A stretch of 64,000 nt of DNA from an uncultured beta proteobacterium (GTDB lineage: Bacteria > Pseudomonadota > Gammaproteobacteria > Burkholderiales > Burkholderiaceae): positions 25,588 through 89,587 of the forward strand of contig CAIJNI010000085.1 in the NCBI GenBank assembly GCA_903821995.1. Reading direction: 5' to 3'. The stretch's first letter is position 1. Each line of letters opens with the position of its first letter. The notes under the pieces were generated by a model that saw only the letters and a list, made by a program, of their open reading frames with translations, did not search any database and was not told the origin of the DNA. Position numbers and translations under genes: made by a program. Below, in pieces: positions 20,292 to 30,291 of the stretch.

Positions 20292-21341
20292 CTACTCAGG
20301 CAATGAAGCCATATCAATAACGAAGCGATATTTAACGTCGCTTTTTATCATTCGCTCGTAGGCCTGGTTGATGTCTTGTATCTTAATGAGCTCAATATCA
20401 GAAACAATATGATGCTTGGCGCAGAATTCAAGCATTTCTTGGGTTTCAGCAATACCGCCAACTAACGAGCCTGCAATTTTACGACGTCCAAAAACAAGAG
20501 CTTGGGTATTAAGGGCCGCATTAGGTCCTACAGCTCCGACAATACACATCGTCCCTTCAACTTTGAGTAACCACATATAGGGGTTGTAGTCATGGGGTAC
20601 TGGAATTGTGTTGATGATGAAATCAAATTGATTCAACATTTTCTTCATAGCAACAGGGTCAGTGGAGATGAGGACGTCATCTGCGCCAAGACGTTTTGCA
20701 TCATGTACTTTGCTTTCAGAGGTGGTGATCATGACAGTTTTAGCGCCCATGGCATGGGATAGCTTGATGGCCATGTGTCCAAGACCACCGAGCCCAATGA
20801 CGCCAACAGTCATACCAGCTTTAATTCCCCAATGTTTTAAGGGTGAATAAGTTGTGATTCCTGCGCATAAAAGAGGTGCCGCAGCAGCTGGATCGAGTCC
20901 ATCGGGCATGGTTAAAACAAAATGTTTATCTACGACGATACGTTTTGAATATCCGCCGTAAGTAAAGTTACCAGGATCTTGAGTGGGGCTATTGTAAGTT
21001 GTTGTAAATCCACTGAGGCAATATTGTTCCATGTCTGCTTCGCAAGAGCTACACACATGGCAAGAGTTCACAAAGCATCCAACAGCAACACGCTGACCTA
21101 TCTTTAAATGTGTAACCTCAGCACCTAAGGCACTGATTTTTCCTACGATTTCGTGGCCAGGGATTACGGGGTAATTGCTCATTCCCCAATCATTTTTTGA
21201 AAAATGCAGGTCCGTATGGCAAACCCCACAAAATTCAATTTCGATTTGAACATCTTTTGCGCCAACGCTTCTGCGGGTAATTTGGTGAGGTCCGAGTGGG
21301 GATGTGGCTGATTGTGCTGCGAAACTGGCTGTTAATGTCAT
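20292..21341 (-). CDS. Zn-dependent NAD(P)-alcohol dehydrogenase (cinnamyl-ADH/YahK-like)
   Basis: CGVCHTD, GHEIVG, structural Zn C..C..C...C, PLLCAGIT, GLGGLG; ATG at 21341 gives 349 aa. Confidence 0.92.
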   Translation of the reverse strand: MTLTASFAAQSATSPLGPHQITRRSVGAKDVQIEIEFCGVCHTDLHFSKNDWGMSNYPVIPGHEIVGKISALGAEVTHLKIGQRVAVGCFVNSCHVCSSCEADMEQYCLSGFTTTYNSPTQDPGNFTYGGYSKRIVVDKHFVLTMPDGLDPAAAAPLLCAGITTYSPLKHWGIKAGMTVGVIGLGGLGHMAIKLSHAMGAKTVMITTSESKVHDAKRLGADDVLISTDPVAMKKMLNQFDFIINTIPVPHDYNPYMWLLKVEGTMCIVGAVGPNAALNTQALVFGRRKIAGSLVGGIAETQEMLEFCAKHHIVSDIELIKIQDINQAYERMIKSDVKYRFVIDMASLPE

Positions 21342-21491
21342 GTTTAATCCCAAATAAATTAAGTATATATCGTTAAAGTAATTTACTGATTATGGACAAT
21401 GATTTTTAGGTTTAAATGGGGGTTGAGAAAAATTTCCCTTTTAAATGGCTTTTCTGAATTAAAATTGAGCGCATAAAATAATGAGGCAAAA

Positions 21492-22847
21492 ATGACAAAA
21501 ATATTAATTAAAGGCGGCACTATCGTATCCATGGATCCAGTGACTGGAGACCTTGAATGTGGCGATATTTTGATTAATAACGACCGTATTGAGGCTATTG
21601 CTTCCAGTATTTCAGATGAAAGTGCCCAAAAAATTGATGCCACTGGCTGTATTCTGTTTCCAGGATTAGTTAATGCTCACACGCATACTTGGCAGACGGC
21701 TCTGAGGGGAGTCACGAGTAATTGGACTTTGCTGGAATACTTTAAAAACATGCATGCTGGATTAGCTACGAACTTTGTTCCTGACGACATTTATATTGCA
21801 AATATGATGGGGGCGTTAAATCAAATCAATTGTGGTACGACTACATTAGGGGATTGGTGTCACAATAACCCGACCCCTGACCACACCAACCGTGGTATTG
21901 ATGGGATCATGGATTCAGGCATAAGGGCAGTCTTCTTTCATGGTTCTCCTAAACCAGATCCAAAACCAGGTCAGAAACATTTCAGCGAAATTCCCCATCC
22001 ACGGTCTGAGATTGAACGCTTACTGAAGACTCGTTTTCAAAACCCACAATCTTTGGTTACTTTGGGGATGGCTATTTTGGGGCCGCATTATTCAACATAT
22101 GATGTTGCTGTTCACGATTTCTTACTGGCTAGAGAATATGGTTTGATTGCAAGTATGCATTGTGCTGGTGCGGAAGCTAAAACTCCAGATGGTTGGGAAC
22201 GTTTAGCCAAAGATGGCCTATTAGGAAGTAACAATAATATTGTCCATGGGAATAATCTAACGGACCAACAATTACAAATGATGATTGATTTAGGGGTCAC
22301 ATTTAGCATCACTCCCGAAATGGAAATGACGCAAGGTCATGGCTATCCAATAACGGGTCGTTTATTAAAATTAGGTTCAGCACCTTCATTGGGAGTTGAC
22401 CTTGAATCTGGAATCTCTGGAGATATGTTTACAGTAGCTAGAATGGCAATGGGTATGCAGCGTGCATTTGATAATGCTGCCTCAAAAGAGCAGTTTGGAA
22501 AATTACCAGATACGTCAACGATTCATTGTCGTGAGGCGCTTGAATGGATCACGATTCGTGGAGCACAAGCCTTAAAAATGGAAGAAGAAATTGGGTCATT
22601 AAAAGTAGGTAAAAAAGCAGATATAGTGATGATTCGGGCAAGCGACTTAAATATGTGCCCTGTCCATGATCCTGTTACTTCAGTCTTAATGCAAACAAGC
22701 CTTAGTAATATCGATACGGTGATTATTAACGGTGAGATCAAAAAGCAAGGCGGTAAGCTTTTGCATCAAGGTATTGAAGAGGGTAAAGAAAAACTAAAAA
22801 CCTCGGGTAAACGCCTCTTGAAACAGTTAAATTCTGTGATACATTGA
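21492..22847 (+). CDS. Amidohydrolase superfamily metal-dependent hydrolase (TrzA/AtzA/MTA-deaminase-like)
   Basis: PGLVNAHTH HxH motif, MH and VH metal His, LGVD Asp, GSLKVGKKAD. Confidence 0.88.
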   Translation: MTKILIKGGTIVSMDPVTGDLECGDILINNDRIEAIASSISDESAQKIDATGCILFPGLVNAHTHTWQTALRGVTSNWTLLEYFKNMHAGLATNFVPDDIYIANMMGALNQINCGTTTLGDWCHNNPTPDHTNRGIDGIMDSGIRAVFFHGSPKPDPKPGQKHFSEIPHPRSEIERLLKTRFQNPQSLVTLGMAILGPHYSTYDVAVHDFLLAREYGLIASMHCAGAEAKTPDGWERLAKDGLLGSNNNIVHGNNLTDQQLQMMIDLGVTFSITPEMEMTQGHGYPITGRLLKLGSAPSLGVDLESGISGDMFTVARMAMGMQRAFDNAASKEQFGKLPDTSTIHCREALEWITIRGAQALKMEEEIGSLKVGKKADIVMIRASDLNMCPVHDPVTSVLMQTSLSNIDTVIINGEIKKQGGKLLHQGIEEGKEKLKTSGKRLLKQLNSVIH

Positions 22848-22938
22848 TTCGTTAGATTAAGAATATTTGTTAGATATGCCGTAACAATATGCAATCTTTC
22901 ACAGCCTTTCGCCAGTTCAATAATTCGCTATATTCTTT

Positions 22939-24432
22939 ATGACACAACCGATCTTAGAACTTCACTCGATCAGTAAATACTTTCCTGGGATCACTGCATT
23001 AGATCAAGTTTCCTTTTCAGTATTTCCTGGTGAGATACATATGCTTCTGGGAGAAAACGGCGCAGGAAAATCAACTTTAATGAAAGTATTATGCGGAGCT
23101 TATCAAGCTGACGCAGGAGAGATACATTACAAAGGTCAGCTCGTCAAGATCTCAAATCCTAATGATGCTAGAAAGCTAGGGATTGCGGTCATTTTTCAAG
23201 AGTTCTCGTTGGTACCCTACCTTAATATTGCTCAAAATATTTTTTTAGGCCGGGAATTTCCAGGAAAAATTCCAGGAACAATAGACCATCAAAGGATGCA
23301 TAAAGAAGCCAAACATTGGTTGAATTTATTATCTTTAAATTATGACACTCACACCTTAGTACACACACTTGGTGTCGCGCAACAACAGATGGTCGAAATT
23401 GCAAAAGCTTTATCTCAAAATGCACAAATTTTAGTGATGGATGAACCTACAGCGGCATTATCTGACCGAGAGACTATTTTGCTGTTTGAGATGATTCGTA
23501 AATTGCAATCTGAAGGGGTTGCTATCGTGTATATTTCTCACCGAATGGCTGAAGTCTTTAGTATGGGTGATCGAATTACAGTACTTCGAGATGGAAAACA
23601 GGTGGGATCTGCAGATCCAAAGTCAGCCACACCTGACGAACTTGTTCACATGATGGTGGGGCGCAGAGTTGACATGGCATATGCACGCACTGAAAAAAGT
23701 AAGCTTGGAGATGTGGCATTAAAAATCTCCAATGTTTTTTCTGATAATGGGATTAAAGATATTTCTTTAGAAGTCAAAGCTGGAGAAATTGTAGGTTTAG
23801 CAGGCCTAGTTGGAGCTGGAAGAACTGAGGTTGCTCGCGCGATTTTTGGTGCTGATAAGGTGACATCTGGAACTGTTGAGATTTGTGGAAAATTACGTCA
23901 TGGTGAGCCATATCATTCAGTAGATATGGGATTGGCTTTAATACCTGAAAGTCGAAAGACGCAAGGCCTTGCCTTGATTCGATCTGTTGAAGAAAATATT
24001 GTTCTAGCGAGCTTGAATAAGATCTTTCCAAGTAGTTGGATTCAAGCTAAAAAAGTGCAAGACATTGGTAAAACAATGATAGCGAAACTGAGAATTGCAA
24101 CGCCATCTGGAAAAAGATCTGCGCTTGTTTTGAGTGGTGGAAATCAACAAAAAATTGTGATTGGAAAATGGTTAACGACTGAGTCTAAAGTATTTATCTT
24201 TGATGAACCCACGCGGGGGATAGATATCGGCGCTAAGGCAGAAATATTTGCTTTAATTTATAAATTGGTTGAGGACGGGGCAGCTGTACTGATGATTAGC
24301 TCTGAATTATCCGAAATTGTTAATGTATGTGATAGAGCCTACGTAATGAGAGAAGGAAGAATTGCTGGTGCATTAGAGAAAGAGCAATTGACTGAAGAGA
24401 ATATTTTAAAGTTAGGAATGACAAATGAATAA
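22939..24432 (+). CDS. Monosaccharide ABC transporter ATP-binding protein (RbsA/MglA, two NBDs)
   Basis: GENGAGKST, MDEPT, ISHRM, LSGGNQQK, FDEPTRGID. Confidence 0.95.
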   Translation: MTQPILELHSISKYFPGITALDQVSFSVFPGEIHMLLGENGAGKSTLMKVLCGAYQADAGEIHYKGQLVKISNPNDARKLGIAVIFQEFSLVPYLNIAQNIFLGREFPGKIPGTIDHQRMHKEAKHWLNLLSLNYDTHTLVHTLGVAQQQMVEIAKALSQNAQILVMDEPTAALSDRETILLFEMIRKLQSEGVAIVYISHRMAEVFSMGDRITVLRDGKQVGSADPKSATPDELVHMMVGRRVDMAYARTEKSKLGDVALKISNVFSDNGIKDISLEVKAGEIVGLAGLVGAGRTEVARAIFGADKVTSGTVEICGKLRHGEPYHSVDMGLALIPESRKTQGLALIRSVEENIVLASLNKIFPSSWIQAKKVQDIGKTMIAKLRIATPSGKRSALVLSGGNQQKIVIGKWLTTESKVFIFDEPTRGIDIGAKAEIFALIYKLVEDGAAVLMISSELSEIVNVCDRAYVMREGRIAGALEKEQLTEENILKLGMTNE

Positions 24433-25387
24433 TGTCACCTTAAAGAGTCCCCGAATCCAGTTAGGTATTTTGTTTAATCGCATTCCCGGTGTGGCGTTAA
24501 TGCTTTTTGTGTGCATGATATCTTTCGCTATCTTAAGCCCAGACTTTTTATCACTTGGAAACTTAAAAAATGTAGGAGTGCAGTCGACGATACTGCTAAT
24601 GATCTCGTTACCCATGACCCTTGTCATCATGACAGAGGGGATTGATATGTCCATTGGGGCCTTGCTCACTTTTTGCGGCGTAGTTGTTGCATATGTTCTG
24701 GCAAACACGCATAGTTTACCCCTTGCGATTTTTGTAGCACTGATGACTGGATTGATTATTGGTGCAATGAATGGGGCAATTATTGTTTACTTTAGTATGC
24801 CGCCATTTGTTGTCACTCTAGGGATGCTTGGAATTTGTCAAAGTTTAGCTTTAGTCCTTACAGATGGTCAAAGTATTACCGATGTTGGAGAAACTATTGG
24901 ACTGAGCTATAACGGGATTTTCTTAGGTATTCCTATACCAATTTATATAGGTATCTTGTGTTATTTTGTGACCTATACATTGCTTTATCACACTCGTTTT
25001 GGAACTTATGTTAACGCGATTGGTGGGAATCGGGAAGCTCTCAAACTAGCTGGGGTTAAAACTAATTTTTATCATGTTGCTGTATATGCCTTTAGTGGAT
25101 TAATGGCTGGTTTGGCATCGATCCTACTTACGGCGAGGATGAGTGCAGGGCATCCTACAGCCGCTATTGGAATGGAATTTGATGCCATCGCAGCGGTCAT
25201 CGTCGGTGGTACATCCTTTGAAAAAGGTAACGGGTGGTTATTTGGAACCTTTTTAGGCGTCATTACGGTGGGGGTTCTACGAAATGGACTTAATTTAGTA
25301 GGTGTACCATCCTCCGTGCAAGTGGCTAGTATTGGCTTACTCGTTCTGGTTGCTCTATTACTTGACAGTTTTAAAAGTAAAACTTAG
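24425..25387 (+). CDS. Monosaccharide ABC permease (RbsC family)
   Basis: GIDMSIG, PPFVVTLG, AIGGN.EA..LAG, IAAVIVGGTS..G.G. Confidence 0.93.
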   Translation: MNNVTLKSPRIQLGILFNRIPGVALMLFVCMISFAILSPDFLSLGNLKNVGVQSTILLMISLPMTLVIMTEGIDMSIGALLTFCGVVVAYVLANTHSLPLAIFVALMTGLIIGAMNGAIIVYFSMPPFVVTLGMLGICQSLALVLTDGQSITDVGETIGLSYNGIFLGIPIPIYIGILCYFVTYTLLYHTRFGTYVNAIGGNREALKLAGVKTNFYHVAVYAFSGLMAGLASILLTARMSAGHPTAAIGMEFDAIAAVIVGGTSFEKGNGWLFGTFLGVITVGVLRNGLNLVGVPSSVQVASIGLLVLVALLLDSFKSKT

Positions 25388-25398
25388 GGGCTCTAAAA

Positions 25399-26364
25399 AT
25401 GACTAATTTACTTTCAGAAATCAAAGATTCAGCGCAACTTAAAAATTTATTTTTTCGCTTGTTAGTGGTATTTATTATTTGTTTCACTTTATCGTTTTTG
25501 ACAGAAGCATTTTTTACTGTAAACAATTTGCTCAATGTATTACGCCAAGCTAGCCTGTTATTTTTAATGGCTTCTGGTGTCACCTTAGTGATACTAACCG
25601 CAGGGATTGACTTATCCATTGGCGCCAATGTTGGGATGTCTGCCTGTTTAGCAGCCGTTGTCATGACAAATACTGGTTCGACCTTACTGGGATTTCTAAC
25701 AGGTATTGGAAGTGGCATGTTAATTGGTGTTGGGAATGGTTTGTTAGTGACTACCCTTAGGTTACCTTCATTCATAGCTACCTATGGCATGCTTTGGATT
25801 CTGCATGGAGTAACTTATTACTTTATGGGGGGGGCAACGATTAATGGCTTTGATAAATCTTTTCGCTTTATTGGGAGTGGTTACTTATATGGAGTCCCAG
25901 TTCCAATCTATATCATGTTGATTTTTTTGGTAGTTGGTACCTTATTTACAAAAGATACAGTCTATGGACAACAGGTATATGCCGTAGGTGCAAACCCTGT
26001 AGCAGCAAGATTATCTGGAGTGCCTGTTAATCGCCGATTAATGCTTGTTTATATATTAAGTGGGATGACTGCTGGTTTGGCGAGTTTGGTTTATTTGGCT
26101 AGGCTTAATTCTGCAGAGGGCGATATAGGTGAAGCTCTGACGCTTCCTGCAATTGCAGCGGTATTAATTGGTGGTACTTCTCTATTTGGAGGCATTGGGA
26201 CGATATTTGGGACACTCATTGGGGCTCTCATATTGACATTAGTCTTAAATGGCATGAATATCCTATCTATTGATGGAAACTGGCAGGCTTTAGTCACAGG
26301 CGTCATTATTATTTTGTCGGTTTTATTAGATTTAGTTTTTAGAAGAAAAAGTAGTACTGGATAG
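25399..26364 (+). CDS. Monosaccharide ABC permease (RbsC family), second subunit
   Basis: GIDLSIG, PSFIATYG, AVGANP.AA.LSG, IAAVLIGGTS..GG.G. Confidence 0.93.
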   Translation: MTNLLSEIKDSAQLKNLFFRLLVVFIICFTLSFLTEAFFTVNNLLNVLRQASLLFLMASGVTLVILTAGIDLSIGANVGMSACLAAVVMTNTGSTLLGFLTGIGSGMLIGVGNGLLVTTLRLPSFIATYGMLWILHGVTYYFMGGATINGFDKSFRFIGSGYLYGVPVPIYIMLIFLVVGTLFTKDTVYGQQVYAVGANPVAARLSGVPVNRRLMLVYILSGMTAGLASLVYLARLNSAEGDIGEALTLPAIAAVLIGGTSLFGGIGTIFGTLIGALILTLVLNGMNILSIDGNWQALVTGVIIILSVLLDLVFRRKSSTG

Positions 26365-26415
26365 TTTTATCTTTTGTCGTAGAAATTTATATAAATTTAA
26401 GGAGATCTTTTACAA

Positions 26416-27378
26416 ATGCAAAATAATAAATTAACTTTAGTGCTAGCAACAGCGATGACACTGATTGCTGGACATGCTTTTGCCGATGGTGAGAAAATTG
26501 CCGTCTTTACTAAAAATTCAACTAATCCTTTTTTTCAAGCGTTTCGATTAGGTGCGGATTCAGCTGCGAAACAGATGAACGCAGCAGCGGTCACTCACTA
26601 CGTTCCAACAAAACCAGATAGCATTCCAGAGCAATTGAGTGCAATTGATGATGTGGTTGTTAAAAAGCCAAATGCAATTGTCTTAATTCCAGTTGACTAC
26701 AAAGCGATTACTCCCGGAGTTAAAAAGATTAATGAAGCTGGAATTCCGGTTATAAATGCAACGGACCATTCTGAAGGAGGCAGCTTTGTCAACTTTGTTG
26801 GCGCTGATGATTACAGTACTGCCTTAGCTGCTGGAAAAGCCTTAGTTAAAGCGCTCAATGGTAAAGGAAATGTTGTCATTATTGAAGGCGTGAGAGGTGT
26901 TTTAGGAAATACTAATCGCGTCAATGGCTTCAAAAAAGCAATTGAAGAAGCTCCAGAAATGAAGATTCTCACATCTCAACCTGGAAATTATCAAAGGCTT
27001 CAAGCGCTTCAGGTGATGGAAAACTTGATTCAAACTTATCCGAAGATTGATGGCGTAATGACTGCCAATGATGCAATGGCAAGCGGTGCAATTGAGGCTT
27101 TAGAGGGTTCTAATCGTAAGGCTTTGGTGATTGGTATTAATGGGAGTAAAGAGGCTGTAGAATCGATCAAAGCCGGTAAGATGCTTGCTAGCGGTGATGC
27201 GGCGCCATTTTTGCAAGGGTGCTTTTCTACAATGTCAGCTATTCGGACATTGCGTAAATTACCTATTCCTAAGGAAATCATTTTTCCTCCGATGGTAGTT
27301 GAAAAAGCAAACCTTGCAAATTACGATACACCCCCAGAGAAACAAGTATGTCCAACTTGGGCATCTGTAGTTAAATAA
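26416..27378 (+). CDS. Sugar ABC transporter periplasmic binding protein (RbsB-like)
   Basis: Signal peptide, NPFFQ, GIPVI, R..GF, ANDAMA.GA, GINGS. Confidence 0.9.
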   Translation: MQNNKLTLVLATAMTLIAGHAFADGEKIAVFTKNSTNPFFQAFRLGADSAAKQMNAAAVTHYVPTKPDSIPEQLSAIDDVVVKKPNAIVLIPVDYKAITPGVKKINEAGIPVINATDHSEGGSFVNFVGADDYSTALAAGKALVKALNGKGNVVIIEGVRGVLGNTNRVNGFKKAIEEAPEMKILTSQPGNYQRLQALQVMENLIQTYPKIDGVMTANDAMASGAIEALEGSNRKALVIGINGSKEAVESIKAGKMLASGDAAPFLQGCFSTMSAIRTLRKLPIPKEIIFPPMVVEKANLANYDTPPEKQVCPTWASVVK

Positions 27379-27405
27379 ATGCATAAGTAGTTAATAGTTC
27401 AAGAT

Positions 27406-27437
27406 AAAGCTTACGTATCCCTACGTAAGCTTTTTTT
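27406..27437 (+). terminator. Rho-independent terminator after the sugar-binding protein gene
   Basis: AAAGCTTACGTA-TCCC-TACGTAAGCTTT perfect stem followed by a T run. Confidence 0.85.
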
Positions 27438-27454
27438 ATTTTTAAGGAAAAAAC

Positions 27455-28255
27455 ATGGATGTTCAGCATTTTGATCCACAACAGATGTTTTCTGTTGTCG
27501 GAAAATCAATTTTAATTAGTGGTGCGACGGGAACTTTAGGAACTGCGACAGCGCTTGGGTTAGCAAAAGGTGGGGCTCGTTTAACGCTAGCCGATAACAA
27601 TCCTGAGGGATTAAAAATACTTGAACAAAAGATTCGTGATTTGGGGGCTCAAGTCACGACGGTGCCTTATTGGCCAGATACTGAAGAGCATGCTTTGGCT
27701 ATGGTTGCTAAGGCGGTTGAAAGTTTCTCCGAGCTTAATGGTGTGTTGATCACAAACGGCACAAACTATGTAGCTGACATAGTTGATATGCCCGTTGATT
27801 CATGGCAAAAAGTAATGGATGCAAACTTACGTGCTCCATGGTTGGCATGTCAAGCTGCTGGTCGTCAAATGATTAAGCAGGGAAAAGGTGGAAGTGTTGT
27901 TGTTCTCTCATCCACACGAGGAAAGTTAGGGCACCCTGCAGGGTACACAGCTTATTGCACTTCTAAAGGTGCAATTGATTCTCTAGTTAAAACTTTAGGG
28001 TGTGAGTGGGGTAAACACGGAATTACGATTAATGCAGTTGGACCAACAGTTTTTCGCTCTCCCGTTTCAGCATGGATGTATGCAGAAGATGGGCCTGGAA
28101 AAGTAACACGTGAAGGAATGTTAAGCCGAATACCTTTGGGGCGTCTAGGTGAGCCTGAGGACATTGTGGGTAGTATTTATTTTTTATTAAGTCCAGCATC
28201 AAGTTTTTGTACAGGGCAGACCTTGTACGCGGATGGTGGCTATACGGCCGGCTAA
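27455..28255 (+). CDS. Short-chain dehydrogenase/reductase (gluconate 5-dehydrogenase-like)
   Basis: SGATGTLG, SSTRG catalytic Ser, YCTSK (YxxxK), IPLGRLGEPED, GQTLYADGG. Confidence 0.9.
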   Translation: MDVQHFDPQQMFSVVGKSILISGATGTLGTATALGLAKGGARLTLADNNPEGLKILEQKIRDLGAQVTTVPYWPDTEEHALAMVAKAVESFSELNGVLITNGTNYVADIVDMPVDSWQKVMDANLRAPWLACQAAGRQMIKQGKGGSVVVLSSTRGKLGHPAGYTAYCTSKGAIDSLVKTLGCEWGKHGITINAVGPTVFRSPVSAWMYAEDGPGKVTREGMLSRIPLGRLGEPEDIVGSIYFLLSPASSFCTGQTLYADGGYTAG

Positions 28256-28280
28256 ACAATAATAAAGATATGAGGGATTT

Positions 28281-29276
28281 ATGAAGGCAGCAGTTATTGG
28301 ATTGGGGTGGTGGGGTAAACAGATTATTTCTTATTTGAAAACGAGTCAGCATATTCAAGTGACACATGGTGTTGACCTGAATATTTCGCATTTAGAAGAA
28401 TTTGCAAAAGAACATCAAATTTCACTAGAAACCCAGATGGAAAATGTCCTGAAAAATCCAGCAATTGATGCTGTGATTTTAGCTACTCCGCATAGCATGC
28501 ACGAAGTTCAGGCTTTGGAAATCGTTGCGGCTGGTAAGCAATTATTTTGCGAAAAACCGCTGGCTCTTTCTAGTCTTGGAGCTAAGAGGATTATTGATGC
28601 TTGCCAAAACGCTGGCTTTATTTTAGGCATTGGTCATGAGAGACGCTTTGAGAGTGCTCTAGAAGAAGTTTTGCGTTCTGTAAAATCAGGAGAGCTAGGT
28701 CAAATACTACATTTAGAAGCTAATGTAAGTCACAATCTTTTTGCCACGATGGACGCAAGTAACTGGCGAGTACAAGACCAAGATGCACCTGCTGGAGCAT
28801 TGACAGCTTTGGGGGTTCATTTAACAGATTTCTTTATTTCTCTGGTAGGGTGTCCAACGCATGTCAGAGCGAAAACGGGTCGCGTATTAAAAAATGCGGT
28901 GGGTAAAGATCAAGTGATGGTGCAATTAGATTTTGATCAAGGAATTACAGGTTCAATCACTTGTTTATCGACAACACCTTTTCATGGGCGCATTACAGTT
29001 TTTGGAAGTTTGGGTTGGATTGAAGTTAAAGAGAACGGCAATGTTGATTGGGGATTACCTTCAGAAATGACGATTACCAATAGTCAAGCCAAGCGAACTT
29101 ATAAAACTTTTCCTGCTTCAAATGTTGTGCTGAAAAATTTTGACGCATGGGCTACTGCGATTGCAGGATCTTCTACCTACCGCTACACGCCCGAACAAAT
29201 TTTAAATAACGTCAAGGTTCTTGAGGCGATTGTTAAGTCCTCAAATAATCACTCAGAATTAGTGGTTATTAATTAA
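28281..29276 (+). CDS. Gfo/Idh/MocA family oxidoreductase
   Basis: GLGWWG, ATPHSMH, CEKPL, IGHERRF, GVHLTD; paralogue of 4006-5016. Confidence 0.9.
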   Translation: MKAAVIGLGWWGKQIISYLKTSQHIQVTHGVDLNISHLEEFAKEHQISLETQMENVLKNPAIDAVILATPHSMHEVQALEIVAAGKQLFCEKPLALSSLGAKRIIDACQNAGFILGIGHERRFESALEEVLRSVKSGELGQILHLEANVSHNLFATMDASNWRVQDQDAPAGALTALGVHLTDFFISLVGCPTHVRAKTGRVLKNAVGKDQVMVQLDFDQGITGSITCLSTTPFHGRITVFGSLGWIEVKENGNVDWGLPSEMTITNSQAKRTYKTFPASNVVLKNFDAWATAIAGSSTYRYTPEQILNNVKVLEAIVKSSNNHSELVVIN

Positions 29277-29281
29277 GTGAT

Positions 29282-30262
29282 TTATTGTGGTTGAAAATTA
29301 ATGTCTTTAACGATTTTTCCGTAGCGAATATAGTCATCTTTAATAATTTTATTAAAGTATTCGGGGGATTCGTTAACGACTGCCATGCTTAAACCGTTCA
29401 CACGCTCAGTCACATCAGGTGAGTTCATGGCTTTATTGATGGCGCTGTTTAAAATTTGAACGATCTCTGGTGGAGTTCCTGCTGGGGCTATATAGCCAAA
29501 CCATCCAACCGCACTAAATCCTGGAACTACTTCGCTGGTTGATTGTGTATTAGGCCAATCTTTAACGCGACTAGGAGTACTTATTCCAATCAGTTTGATT
29601 TTCCCAGCTTTGATGTTAGGGGTAAATGAAGCGATGCCCAGTATAGAGGCTTGGACTTGACCACCCACCAAATCAGTGACTACTTGTATGCTGCCTTTAT
29701 AGGGTACAGGAAGATATTTAAAGTCTGCACGCATTCTTAGATCTTCAAAAGTTAAGTGTGGATATCCACCATCACCGTTTGTAGCAACTGAAAGCATCCC
29801 AGGATTTGCTTTTGCATAGCTAATCATTTCTGTCAGATTATTAAAAGGCGCATTAATGTTGGCCGCGATCCCTTGATAGTTTGTCATGTGTAAAGACACC
29901 CCAGTAAAATCTTTGAGAACGTTATAGGGTACTTTTTTGAAAGTATGGGGCAAGACAGTCAAATTACCGCCTTGACCAGCGGCAATCGTATATCCATCGG
30001 CGGGGGCTTTTGCTAAGACACCAAGTCCAACTTGACCGCTGCCCCCAGAAATATTTTCAACGATCACTGGTTGTCCAAGCATTTCGGTTATTTTTGGACC
30101 TATCATTCGAGCCATGATGTCTATAGGGTCTCCGGCTGGGAACGGGATAATAATTTTGATGGGTTTACTCGGAAAATGATCTGCAAATGCGGGTAAGCTG
30201 AAAACACATAAAGTGATAGCAGAAATAAAGTTCATAAAGTGACGGTTAAAAATGAATGTCAT
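29282..30262 (-). CDS. Bug/TctC substrate-binding protein
   Basis: Minus strand (track mislabels +; CAT at 30260-30262). FPSKPIKIIIPFPAG, ADGYT, VPYKG. Confidence 0.92.
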   Translation of the reverse strand: MTFIFNRHFMNFISAITLCVFSLPAFADHFPSKPIKIIIPFPAGDPIDIMARMIGPKITEMLGQPVIVENISGGSGQVGLGVLAKAPADGYTIAAGQGGNLTVLPHTFKKVPYNVLKDFTGVSLHMTNYQGIAANINAPFNNLTEMISYAKANPGMLSVATNGDGGYPHLTFEDLRMRADFKYLPVPYKGSIQVVTDLVGGQVQASILGIASFTPNIKAGKIKLIGISTPSRVKDWPNTQSTSEVVPGFSAVGWFGYIAPAGTPPEIVQILNSAINKAMNSPDVTERVNGLSMAVVNESPEYFNKIIKDDYIRYGKIVKDINFQPQ

Positions 30263-30291
30263 GATGAATCCTTTTAAATGAGTAATACAGG

